DNA from: an uncultured Candidatus Saccharibacteria bacterium
Lineage (GTDB): Bacteria > Patescibacteriota > Dojkabacteria > GCA-016699595 > JBAXKR01
Length of the DNA stretch: 64,000 nucleotides
Direction: 5' to 3'
Assembly: GCA_964430225.1 (NCBI GenBank)
Contig: CAYSFE010000001.1
Span: forward strand, 11,820 to 75,819
The first letter of the stretch is position 1. The number at the start of each line of letters is the position of its first letter. The position numbers and the translations under genes were made by a program. This document shows positions 1 to 7,818 of this stretch, piece by piece. The notes beneath the pieces are model-generated. The model was not told the DNA's origin. It did no database searches and worked only from the letters and a program-made list of their open reading frames with translations.

Positions 1-1
1 A

Positions 2-1057
2 GTCACAAGCATGATATTTTGGGGACCTCCTGCCTCAGGAAAAACTACTCTAGCACATATCATCTCTAAAACTATTAAAGCTGACTTCATAAAGATATCT
101 GCTGTCATTGACGGAAAAGAAAAACTTAAAGAAGTGCTAGATACGGCTAAGATAAATAGAGAAAAGGGGATACTTACAATTCTTTTCATTGATGAAATTC
201 ATAGGTGGAGTAAAGCACAACAAGATGCACTCTTACCATTTGTAGAAAATGGAGATATTACCCTAATTGGAGCTACTACTGAGAATCCATCTTTCACAGT
301 AATCTCTCCACTACTTTCTAGAAGCAGAGTATTTGTATTTGAACCACATTCTAAAGAAAATATTGAAATAGCTTTAAAGAAAGGGACTAAAGAATTAAAG
401 ATTAAAGTTAAAGATGAAGATACAAAATATTTAGCAGATATTTCTAATGGTGATATTCGCTTTGCTCTTAATACTCTTGAGATAGCTTCACAGATTAGTA
501 AGAAAATAACAAAAGAGGATTTAGAAAGTGCAGCTCAAAAGTTTCTAAGATACGATAAGAATGGGGAAGAACACTATAATATAATATCGGCAGTTCATAA
601 GAGTATGAGATCTTCTAATCCATCAGCTTCAGTATATTGGATTATGAGAATGTTAGACTCAGGAGAAGACCCTCTATATATTGCGCGTAGATTACTTCGC
701 TTTGCCTCTGAAGATATTGGGAATGCTAATCCAAATGCTTTGCTACTTGCTAATCAGGTATTTCAAGCATGTCAAAACTTAGGTATGCCAGAATGTACTA
801 CAGCATTAGCACAACTAGCAGAGTTCTTAGCAAAATCCCCTAAGAATAACGCTTCATATGTGGCTGTGAATAAAGCTCGTGAGGATATTAAGAAATATGG
901 TAACTTAGCTGTTCCACTTCATCTTAGAAATGCTCCTACAAAACTCATGAAAGAATTAGATTATGGAAAAGGGTATCAATATGACCATGATCTAGAAAGT
1001 AAGAAATCAGATCAACAATGTTTTCCTGATGAATTAAAAGACAGAAAATATTTCTAA
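2..1057 (+). CDS. rarA: Replication-associated recombination protein A (AAA+ ATPase), 5'-truncated at window edge
   Basis: Walker A 'WGPPASGKTTLA' sits right at the ORF start, so the N-terminus lies upstream of the window. Box 'ILFIDEIHR'; C-terminal MgsA-type helical domain ('NLAVPLHLRNAPT', 'GYQYDHD'). The frame is open from nt 2. Confidence 0.85.
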   Translation, partial: VTSMIFWGPPASGKTTLAHIISKTIKADFIKISAVIDGKEKLKEVLDTAKINREKGILTILFIDEIHRWSKAQQDALLPFVENGDITLIGATTENPSFTVISPLLSRSRVFVFEPHSKENIEIALKKGTKELKIKVKDEDTKYLADISNGDIRFALNTLEIASQISKKITKEDLESAAQKFLRYDKNGEEHYNIISAVHKSMRSSNPSASVYWIMRMLDSGEDPLYIARRLLRFASEDIGNANPNALLLANQVFQACQNLGMPECTTALAQLAEFLAKSPKNNASYVAVNKAREDIKKYGNLAVPLHLRNAPTKLMKELDYGKGYQYDHDLESKKSDQQCFPDELKDRKYF

Positions 1058-1124
1058 CTTTCTCATTGCTCAAAATATATTTTATGGTGTACAATTAGCA
1101 CACTTTACTTTTGATTGCTAATAT

Positions 1125-1736
1125 ATGAAGAACTTAAGATCAGAATCTATACTAATTCCATCAGTTATTGAAAAGACTAGAGATGGAGAAAGATCATATG
1201 ATATATATTCTAGACTTTTAAAAGATAGAATCATATTTGTAGAAGGCCAAGTAAATGATCAAATGGCTAATGCCATAATTGCTCAAATGCTTTTCTTACA
1301 AAAAGAAGCTCCTAACAAAGATATTACTATGTACATTAATACTCCTGGAGGATCTGTTAATGCAGGTCTTGCTATCGTAGATACCATGAATTTAATCTCT
1401 TGTGATGTTTCAACAGTAGCTGTAGGTATGGCAGCTTCAATGGGAGCTATTATTCTTACAGCAGGAACTAAAGGTAAAAGATACGCTCTTCCTAACTCAT
1501 CTATCCTTATTCACCAACCTATTGGGGGAACAGAAGGACAAGCATCAGATATTGAAATAGAGGCTAGAGAGATACTTAGAATTAAAGATGTCTTAATGAC
1601 ATTCTTAGCTGAAAGATCAGGACAAACAAAAACAAAGATAATAAAAGACTCTGATAGAAACTATTGGATGACAGCAGACCTAGCAAAAAACTATGGTTTA
1701 ATAGATAAAGTATTATACTCAAGTAAGAAGAAATAA
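1125..1736 (+). CDS. clpP: ATP-dependent Clp protease proteolytic subunit
   Basis: Full-length ClpP-like: Ser in 'GMAASMGA', His in 'ILIHQPIGG', 'YINTPGGSV'. Length 203 aa. Confidence 0.9.
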   Translation: MKNLRSESILIPSVIEKTRDGERSYDIYSRLLKDRIIFVEGQVNDQMANAIIAQMLFLQKEAPNKDITMYINTPGGSVNAGLAIVDTMNLISCDVSTVAVGMAASMGAIILTAGTKGKRYALPNSSILIHQPIGGTEGQASDIEIEAREILRIKDVLMTFLAERSGQTKTKIIKDSDRNYWMTADLAKNYGLIDKVLYSSKKK

Positions 1737-2417
1737 ATGACTGAATTCCCAATCTCAGAAATTGCATCGCCTCAGAAATGCATAGACATATTTCGTGGCA
1801 AGGTAGAATCTTTACTTGATTCTATTCCTAAACAACCAGCTAGTAACATCACTATAAATTTCTCGAATGGAGAACAAGACTTTTCATTAGATGAAAGAAT
1901 ATGTGTACTTGAAATAAACATGGCTGTAGGTCCCGAAGAAGACAAACAATTAGAAACAGCGGGATTCTTTGACTCTTTAAACAGCTATATTGGAGAATTA
2001 TCAGCCAAAATGAAACACAGTGAAAAAAGTACAGTAACTGGTTCAAAAATATATAGACAAATAGTTATTGAATTTACACCTTTCGAATCAAGTCCATTAA
2101 TGAGGGCATATGATTTTGAAGATGATTTTAAAGAATATATAACCGGGAGATATTATTCTCCTCAACAAGCCATTATTGAGCAAAATAGATCTACAACAGA
2201 ACTTTCCGAGTCACAAGAGGGTTGCTTTGTAATATCAGGTCAAGTTGGTCTAGATTCTGAAAGTGAAGTAGCAGAAATACAAACATTCAGAGATTTAGAT
2301 AGAGAAAAAAGTGCAATTATTAGTGATTTAGGTGAGTTAGCAAGTAGATACAGGGCAAAATTAGATTTCGTATATCATCAGCCTTCTGTTATATGTTTTG
2401 AAGTTATTTTTAGATAA
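1737..2417 (+). CDS. hypothetical protein (acidic), translationally coupled to clpP (ATGA overlap)
   Basis: ORF of 226 aa; no motif I recognise. Its start overlaps the clpP stop. Confidence 0.45.
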   Translation: MTEFPISEIASPQKCIDIFRGKVESLLDSIPKQPASNITINFSNGEQDFSLDERICVLEINMAVGPEEDKQLETAGFFDSLNSYIGELSAKMKHSEKSTVTGSKIYRQIVIEFTPFESSPLMRAYDFEDDFKEYITGRYYSPQQAIIEQNRSTTELSESQEGCFVISGQVGLDSESEVAEIQTFRDLDREKSAIISDLGELASRYRAKLDFVYHQPSVICFEVIFR

Positions 2418-2450
2418 CTCAATTTATAAATATTGTATAATTAATCACCT

Positions 2451-2526
2451 GGACACTTAGCTCAGCTGGTAGAGCATACCCTTGACGTGGGTAGGGTCAG
2501 AGGTTCGAACCCTCTAGTGTCCACCA
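2451..2526 (+). tRNA. tRNA-Val (anticodon GAC), CCA encoded
   Basis: Cloverleaf read by hand: acceptor GGACACT/AGTGTCC, D arm GCTC-AGCTGGTA-GAGC, anticodon stem TACCC/GGGTA with loop TTGACGT (anticodon GAC), T arm AGAGG-TTCGAAC-CCTCT, then ACCA. Confidence 0.85.
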
Positions 2527-2553
2527 AGTAAATATTAAAGTGAATCAAAAGAC

Positions 2554-3189
2554 ATGAAGATAACTAAATTTGGACATTGTTGTTTGTTAATAGAAGAGAA
2601 AGGAAAAAGAATTCTTACAGATCCTGGAAACTTCTCTAACTTACAAGACGATGTAAAGAATATTGATATTATTCTCATCACCCATGAACACCCTGATCAT
2701 ATCCATATAGAATCATTACAAAAGATACTAGAAAATAGTCCTAAAGCACTAATAGTTACAAACACAGCTACCTCCAAACTTTTAGTTCCCTTAAATATTA
2801 CTTTTGAAATCTTAGAAGATGGAAGTGAGAAAGAATTTTTAGGCATACAAATATCAGCACATGGAAAACTTCATGAAGAAGTATATTCTACAATTCCTAG
2901 AGTACAAAACACCGGTTTCTATATTTCAAATCGACTCTTTTACCCAGGAGATTCATTTACTATTCCAGGTTTTAATGTAGACATCTTAGCTCTTCCAGTA
3001 GCAGGTCCATGGGTAAAACTATCTGATTCAATTACATATGCTCTTAAAGTAAAACCAAGAATTAGTTTTCCAGTTCATGATGGAATGCTAATATCTGGTG
3101 GATCAGCACATGCATTACCAAATAAAATATTAAGTGAGAATGGAATAGAATTTAAAGTACTAGAGATTGGAAAAGAATATGAGTTTTAA
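2554..3189 (+). CDS. MBL-fold metal-dependent hydrolase
   Basis: 'ILITHEHPDHI' (HxHxDH metallo-beta-lactamase motif), 211 aa, downstream His/Asp ligands. Confidence 0.7.
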   Translation: MKITKFGHCCLLIEEKGKRILTDPGNFSNLQDDVKNIDIILITHEHPDHIHIESLQKILENSPKALIVTNTATSKLLVPLNITFEILEDGSEKEFLGIQISAHGKLHEEVYSTIPRVQNTGFYISNRLFYPGDSFTIPGFNVDILALPVAGPWVKLSDSITYALKVKPRISFPVHDGMLISGGSAHALPNKILSENGIEFKVLEIGKEYEF

Positions 3190-3206
3190 TTATTATTTTC
3201 AAACAT

Positions 3207-3527
3207 ATGTCAGACAAATTAAAAAAGTTTATTCCACTAATGATCTTAGGTGGGATAATATTGTTAGGAATTGGAGCATACATAATTGCGAATAGGACAG
3301 GTATGCCTACAAAACTTGCTACAGAACCAGCTAATTTCTTTTTAGGCTTTTGGCATGGCTTAATAATAGTATTATCTTTGATAGCTAGTTTTTTTGACCA
3401 AAACATAGTTCTATATCAAGCAAATAACTCCGGAGCTCTATATAATGTTGGATATCTAAGTGGAATCTTAATATCTATTGGGTTATTCGGAGGAAATACA
3501 TATAAGAAAACCAATAATAAATCATAG
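3207..3527 (+). CDS. small integral membrane protein, hypothetical
   Basis: 106 aa with three hydrophobic helices. Confidence 0.45.
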   Translation: MSDKLKKFIPLMILGGIILLGIGAYIIANRTGMPTKLATEPANFFLGFWHGLIIVLSLIASFFDQNIVLYQANNSGALYNVGYLSGILISIGLFGGNTYKKTNNKS

Positions 3528-3564
3528 TTTTTGAAAATATATTGTTTCTTTGATATCATTCTTT

Positions 3565-3618
3565 ATGCAATTAAGAATTGTTACAACTACAACCACTACT
3601 ACTAGACCTACCTTGTAA
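3565..3618 (+). CDS. putative Thr-rich leader peptide (MQLRIVTTTTTTTRPTL) upstream of thrS
   Basis: ATG at 3565, then ACA ACT ACA ACC ACT ACT ACT (7 consecutive Thr codons) and an 8th Thr; stop TAA at 3616-3618 lies in the hairpin loop. Too short for the ORF track. An alternative in-frame TTG start is at 3550. Confidence 0.35.
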   Translation: MQLRIVTTTTTTTRPTL

Positions 3619-3624
3619 GGTAGG
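3607..3624 (+). promoter_or_regulatory. hairpin CCTACC-TTGTAA-GGTAGG overlapping the leader stop; candidate attenuator/terminator or ThrRS operator (tRNA-Thr anticodon-loop mimic CUUGUAA)
   Basis: 6-bp GC-rich stem with a loop containing UGU (the tRNA-Thr anticodon) flanked by U and AA, followed by GAGTTTTGATT. Confidence 0.35.
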
Positions 3625-3722
3625 GAGTTTTGATTCTCTGTAATAAACTCTCGGTCAAATTCACAGAAAATAGTTTAAGTAATATGATATATATATAAAT
3701 ATTAAACATTAATAAACACACA

Positions 3723-5507
3723 ATGAAATCATATAAAGAACATGAAGAAGATAACAAACTAGTATCAGATATTGAAAAGAAAAGACATACATCAGCTCAT
3801 GTACTAGCACAAGCTGTACTTGAACTCTACCCTGGAGCAAAGCTTGGTATTGGACCAGCTATTGAGAATGGCTTTTACTATGACTTTGAACTTCCTAATA
3901 CATTAGGTATGGATGATCTTAAAGCGATTGAAGACAAAATGTATGAGATTAAAAAGAAAGATCTACCACTATCACAAAAATTCATAGAGAAGGAAGAAGC
4001 GTTAAATATGCTTAATATTAGTGGTCAAACATACAAAGCTGAACTACTACATGAAATACCAGATGAAAAGATTAGTTTCTTTTCTACAGGAGATCAATTC
4101 AGTGATATGTGTAAAGGTCCTCACGTAGAATCTACTGGTAAGATTGGAATCTTTAAACTTACAACTGTTGCTTCAGCATACTGGAGAGGAGATGAGAAGC
4201 GACCAGTACTTCAGCGTGTATACGGTGTTGAGTTTGATAGTGAAGAAGAATTAGATAATTATTTTGAGATGTTAGAAGAAGCTAAAAGAAGAGATCATAG
4301 AACTTTAGGTAAAGAGCTAGGTCTATTTCTATTCTCTGATATAGTTGGTAAAGGATTACCTCTTTGGACGGTAAAGGGAGCAACAATTAGACGTGAACTA
4401 GAAAGATTTATTGTTGATGAAGAGATAAAAAGAGGATATGAACATGTATATACTCCAGATATAGCTAAAATAGATCTATATAAAAAGTCAGGACATTACC
4501 CTTACTATAAAGACAGCATGTATGCTCCTATTACTATAGAAGAAGAAGAGTATATGTTAAGACCTATGACATGTCCTCATCACTTTCAAATATATGCTTC
4601 TCAAAAACGTAGCTATAGAGAACTACCTATGAGAATTGCAGAGCTTGCAAAGCTTTACAGATATGAGCAATCAGGAGAGCTATCAGGACTAATGAGAGTT
4701 AGAAGTTTCTGTTTGGCAGATGCACATATTATCGCTCAAAAAGAACAAGCTATTGATGAAATAAACAAAGCATTAGACTTAATAGAATTTGCTGCAGGTG
4801 TATTCGGACTTAAACCAAATGAAGACTATTCATATAGACTATCCTTAGGAGATAGAAAGAATGAAGAGAAATATTTTAAAGATGATAAAGCTTGGGACTA
4901 TGCTGAAGATCAGTTAAGAGAAGTTCTTAAAACTCGTTCTGTTAAGAGTGTAGAAGCACCAGCAGAAGCAGCTTTCTATGGACCTAAAATAGATATACAA
5001 ATGAGAAATATCTTAGGAAAAGAAGAAACAGCATTCACAGTTCAATATGATTTTGTAATGCCAAAAAGATTTGAACTTAAATTTACTAACGAAGAGGGAA
5101 ATGATGAAGAACCAATAGTAATCCATAGATCAAGTATCGGAGCAATAGAAAGAATCATAGCTCTATTAATAGAAAGATATGCAGGAGTATTCCCTCTATG
5201 GTTAAGTCCAGTACATGCAAAGATAATCCCAATAGGAGAAAAACATGTAGAGTATGCTAAAGGAGTACAATCAAAAATGAAGGAACTTGGTTTAAGAGTA
5301 GAGATAGATGTAAGACCTGAAAGAATGCAAGCAAAGATAAGAGATGCTCAAGTAGAAAAGATTCCTTACATGTTAGTAATAGGGGATAAAGAGATGGAAA
5401 ACGACTCTATTGCAGTACGTCCAAGAACAGGAAAAGATATGGGAATGATGAAAACTGATGACTTCATAAGAGAAGTTTTAGAGGAAATAAAAACTAAAAA
5501 GTTATGA
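3723..5507 (+). CDS. thrS: threonyl-tRNA synthetase (lacks N-terminal TGS domain, starts in the editing/SAD domain)
   Basis: 'HTSAHVLAQAV' (second additional domain), class II motifs ('RPMTCPHHFQIY', 'FCLADAHII', 'HRSSIGAIERIIALLIE'), C-terminal anticodon-binding domain. 594 aa. Confidence 0.9.
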   Translation: MKSYKEHEEDNKLVSDIEKKRHTSAHVLAQAVLELYPGAKLGIGPAIENGFYYDFELPNTLGMDDLKAIEDKMYEIKKKDLPLSQKFIEKEEALNMLNISGQTYKAELLHEIPDEKISFFSTGDQFSDMCKGPHVESTGKIGIFKLTTVASAYWRGDEKRPVLQRVYGVEFDSEEELDNYFEMLEEAKRRDHRTLGKELGLFLFSDIVGKGLPLWTVKGATIRRELERFIVDEEIKRGYEHVYTPDIAKIDLYKKSGHYPYYKDSMYAPITIEEEEYMLRPMTCPHHFQIYASQKRSYRELPMRIAELAKLYRYEQSGELSGLMRVRSFCLADAHIIAQKEQAIDEINKALDLIEFAAGVFGLKPNEDYSYRLSLGDRKNEEKYFKDDKAWDYAEDQLREVLKTRSVKSVEAPAEAAFYGPKIDIQMRNILGKEETAFTVQYDFVMPKRFELKFTNEEGNDEEPIVIHRSSIGAIERIIALLIERYAGVFPLWLSPVHAKIIPIGEKHVEYAKGVQSKMKELGLRVEIDVRPERMQAKIRDAQVEKIPYMLVIGDKEMENDSIAVRPRTGKDMGMMKTDDFIREVLEEIKTKKL

Positions 5508-5551
5508 TATAATTATTTCATATATTTTAATCTCACTACTTAAAACAAAAT

Positions 5552-6181
5552 ATGTTTACTAACTCAGGAAGAAGCTTTGGAGGAAGATCAGGAGGATATA
5601 ATCCTAATTTTAAGAGACCTTTTAATTCTAGTTCACGACCACCATTCTTTAAAACAAGACAGCCTTACGTTAAGGTAGAAAATACTTATGGATTTAATAG
5701 AAATGAATTCATTAAAGCTACTGAGGTTAATGTCATAGACCCTAATGGGGTTAACCTTGGTTTAATGCCTACTGAAGTGGCTATTCAGAGAGCTCGTGAT
5801 GAGTTTGATCTAGATTTAGTTGAAGTAGCTCCTAATGCTAAACCCCCTGTATGTAAGATTACAGATTGGTCTAAGTTTAGATATGAGCAAAGCAAAAAAC
5901 ATAACCAAACATCTAAATCTATCGATATGAAGGGAATGTGGTTTTCTCCAGTTATTGGAGAAGGGGATTTAAACCATAAAGTGGAGAGAATATTAGAGTT
6001 TGTAAGTAAGAAACATCCAGTTAAAGTAGAGGTAAGATTCAAAGGTAGAATGAAGAGAGATCAGGTAATTATCACTATGAATAAGGTGATGGAGCTTCTT
6101 AAGGATCAAGTAAAAGTAGAAGCTTCACCTAAGTTTGAAGGAAGATCATATTCAACCATAGTTTACCCTATTAAAAAGTAG
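5552..6181 (+). CDS. infC: translation initiation factor IF-3 with ~45-aa Arg/Gly/Pro-rich N-terminal extension (true start uncertain)
   Basis: Conserved IF3 N- and C-domains ('LDLVEVAPNAKPPVCKITDWSKF', 'KVEVRFKGRMKRD'). Position after thrS matches the conserved operon order. Confidence 0.8.
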   Translation: MFTNSGRSFGGRSGGYNPNFKRPFNSSSRPPFFKTRQPYVKVENTYGFNRNEFIKATEVNVIDPNGVNLGLMPTEVAIQRARDEFDLDLVEVAPNAKPPVCKITDWSKFRYEQSKKHNQTSKSIDMKGMWFSPVIGEGDLNHKVERILEFVSKKHPVKVEVRFKGRMKRDQVIITMNKVMELLKDQVKVEASPKFEGRSYSTIVYPIKK

Positions 6182-6219
6182 TTGTTTAAGTTCATGTAGC
6201 TTTGATATAATCATCTCCT

Positions 6220-6420
6220 ATGAAACATAAGACCCACAAGGGACTAGCAAAAAGAATAAAGAAAATTGGTTCTAAAAAGAACGAGAAACTTGTTCACTAT
6301 CCACAAGGGGATTCACATCACTTAAGATCAAAGAAAAGTGCTAAAAGAAAGAACAGAATGAATACAATGAGTGTTATGGGTGGTAAGGTTCAAATCAAAT
6401 TAGTTAAAAGTTTAATATAA
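6220..6420 (+). CDS. rpmI: 50S ribosomal protein L35 (bL35)
   Basis: 66-aa, very basic protein between infC and rplT, as in the conserved infC-rpmI-rplT operon. Confidence 0.7.
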   Translation: MKHKTHKGLAKRIKKIGSKKNEKLVHYPQGDSHHLRSKKSAKRKNRMNTMSVMGGKVQIKLVKSLI

Positions 6421-6424
6421 TAAA

Positions 6425-6772
6425 ATGAGAGTAAAACGAGGAGTCACAGCACACGCTAAACATAAGAAGTTACTAAAACGAAATAAAGGATATACCTTAT
6501 CTTACTCAGGACTTGTAAAGAGAGCTAAAGAAGCAGCTTTACATTCAGGTGAATATTCTAAGAAACATAGAAGAGCAAGAACAGGACAATTCAGAAATGT
6601 ATGGATCACTAGAATCGCAGCAGGACTAATGGAATACGATATGAGATATTCCGACTTTATTAATCTCCTAAATAAGGCTAGTATTAAACTTAACAGGAAA
6701 GTAATGGCAGACTTAGCTTTGGATCATGCTAACGCCTTTAAAACTCTTGTTGAGACAGTAAAAACTAAGTAA
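6425..6772 (+). CDS. rplT: 50S ribosomal protein L20 (bL20)
   Basis: 'MRVKRGVTAHAKHKKLLK...RRARTGQFRNVWITRIAAG' matches bL20. Confidence 0.9.
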   Translation: MRVKRGVTAHAKHKKLLKRNKGYTLSYSGLVKRAKEAALHSGEYSKKHRRARTGQFRNVWITRIAAGLMEYDMRYSDFINLLNKASIKLNRKVMADLALDHANAFKTLVETVKTK

Positions 6773-6807
6773 ACTGAGTAAAGCTTTAAAGTTTAATAGC
6801 CTTAAAA

Positions 6808-7818
6808 ATGAATTACCAAACAGATATAGATGATATTTTATCAAGTCTTAAGACTTCTTTAGAAGCTTCTTCCGATATTGCTTCAATTAAGCTAGAATAC
6901 CTTGGGAGAAAAGGTAAGATAAACTCCTTAATGAGTAAGATTAAAGAAGTACCTGAAACTGAAAGAAAATCATTTGGTGAGAAAGTAAATGAAACAAAAT
7001 TAAAAGTTGAAGAATTAATCCTAAAAGCAGAAGAAGAAGGAAACAAGAAAAAGATAGAAGAAGAGAACAATACTTGGAGTGATGTAAGCGTAGTAATTCG
7101 TAAAGAGATGGGATCACTTCATCCAATTACCCAAACTAAATGGCTCATTGAAGATATATTCCAAAGAATGGGATTTGTAGTAGAGTATCCATTTGAAATA
7201 GATAGTACAGATAACAACTTCACATTCGTAAATATGCCACCATCTCACCCAGCACGTAGTAGTTGGGATACTTTTTTTACTGATGCTGGAGATGTACCAA
7301 TAGTACATACTTCATCTATGCAAAATAGGATATTAAAAGGAAGTAAACCACCAATATATGCAGTTGTACCTGGTAGATGTTTTAGAAATGAATCTACAGA
7401 CTCAAGGCATGAACATACCTTCACTCAGTTTGAAGGAATAGTCGTAGATAAAGGAATTAGATTTACAGATATGATTGGTGTTCTTAAAACTTTCTTTTCA
7501 GAATACTTTGAAAGAGATGTAGAAGTCATGGTAACACCAGATATGTTTCCATTTGTCGAACCTGGTGGAATGATATCCGTAAGATGGGAAGGACAATCAG
7601 AAGCAATTAAGAAAATAACTAAAGGTACAGGATGGTTAGAAATTATGGGGTGTGGAATGATCCATCCTAACGTTCTTTCTATGGGTAACATAGATCCAGA
7701 TGTATATTCAGGATTTGCTTTTGGAGGAGGAATAGAAAGACTACTATTAATAAAATATGGGATTGAGGATATCAGACTATTCGAGAAAGGAGATCTTAAG
7801 TTCTTACGTCAATTTTAA
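6808..7818 (+). CDS. pheS: phenylalanyl-tRNA synthetase alpha subunit
   Basis: Class II core 'FRNESTDSRHEHTFTQFEG', 'GWLEIMGCGMIHPNV', 'FAFGGGIERL'. Confidence 0.9.
   Translation: MNYQTDIDDILSSLKTSLEASSDIASIKLEYLGRKGKINSLMSKIKEVPETERKSFGEKVNETKLKVEELILKAEEEGNKKKIEEENNTWSDVSVVIRKEMGSLHPITQTKWLIEDIFQRMGFVVEYPFEIDSTDNNFTFVNMPPSHPARSSWDTFFTDAGDVPIVHTSSMQNRILKGSKPPIYAVVPGRCFRNESTDSRHEHTFTQFEGIVVDKGIRFTDMIGVLKTFFSEYFERDVEVMVTPDMFPFVEPGGMISVRWEGQSEAIKKITKGTGWLEIMGCGMIHPNVLSMGNIDPDVYSGFAFGGGIERLLLIKYGIEDIRLFEKGDLKFLRQF

Noticed and set aside
3528-3722. Possible T-box riboswitch upstream of thrS
   Set aside because: The spacer is under 200 nt and lacks the conserved T-box sequence and stem I architecture. 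The Thr-codon leader ORF and hairpin explain it better.
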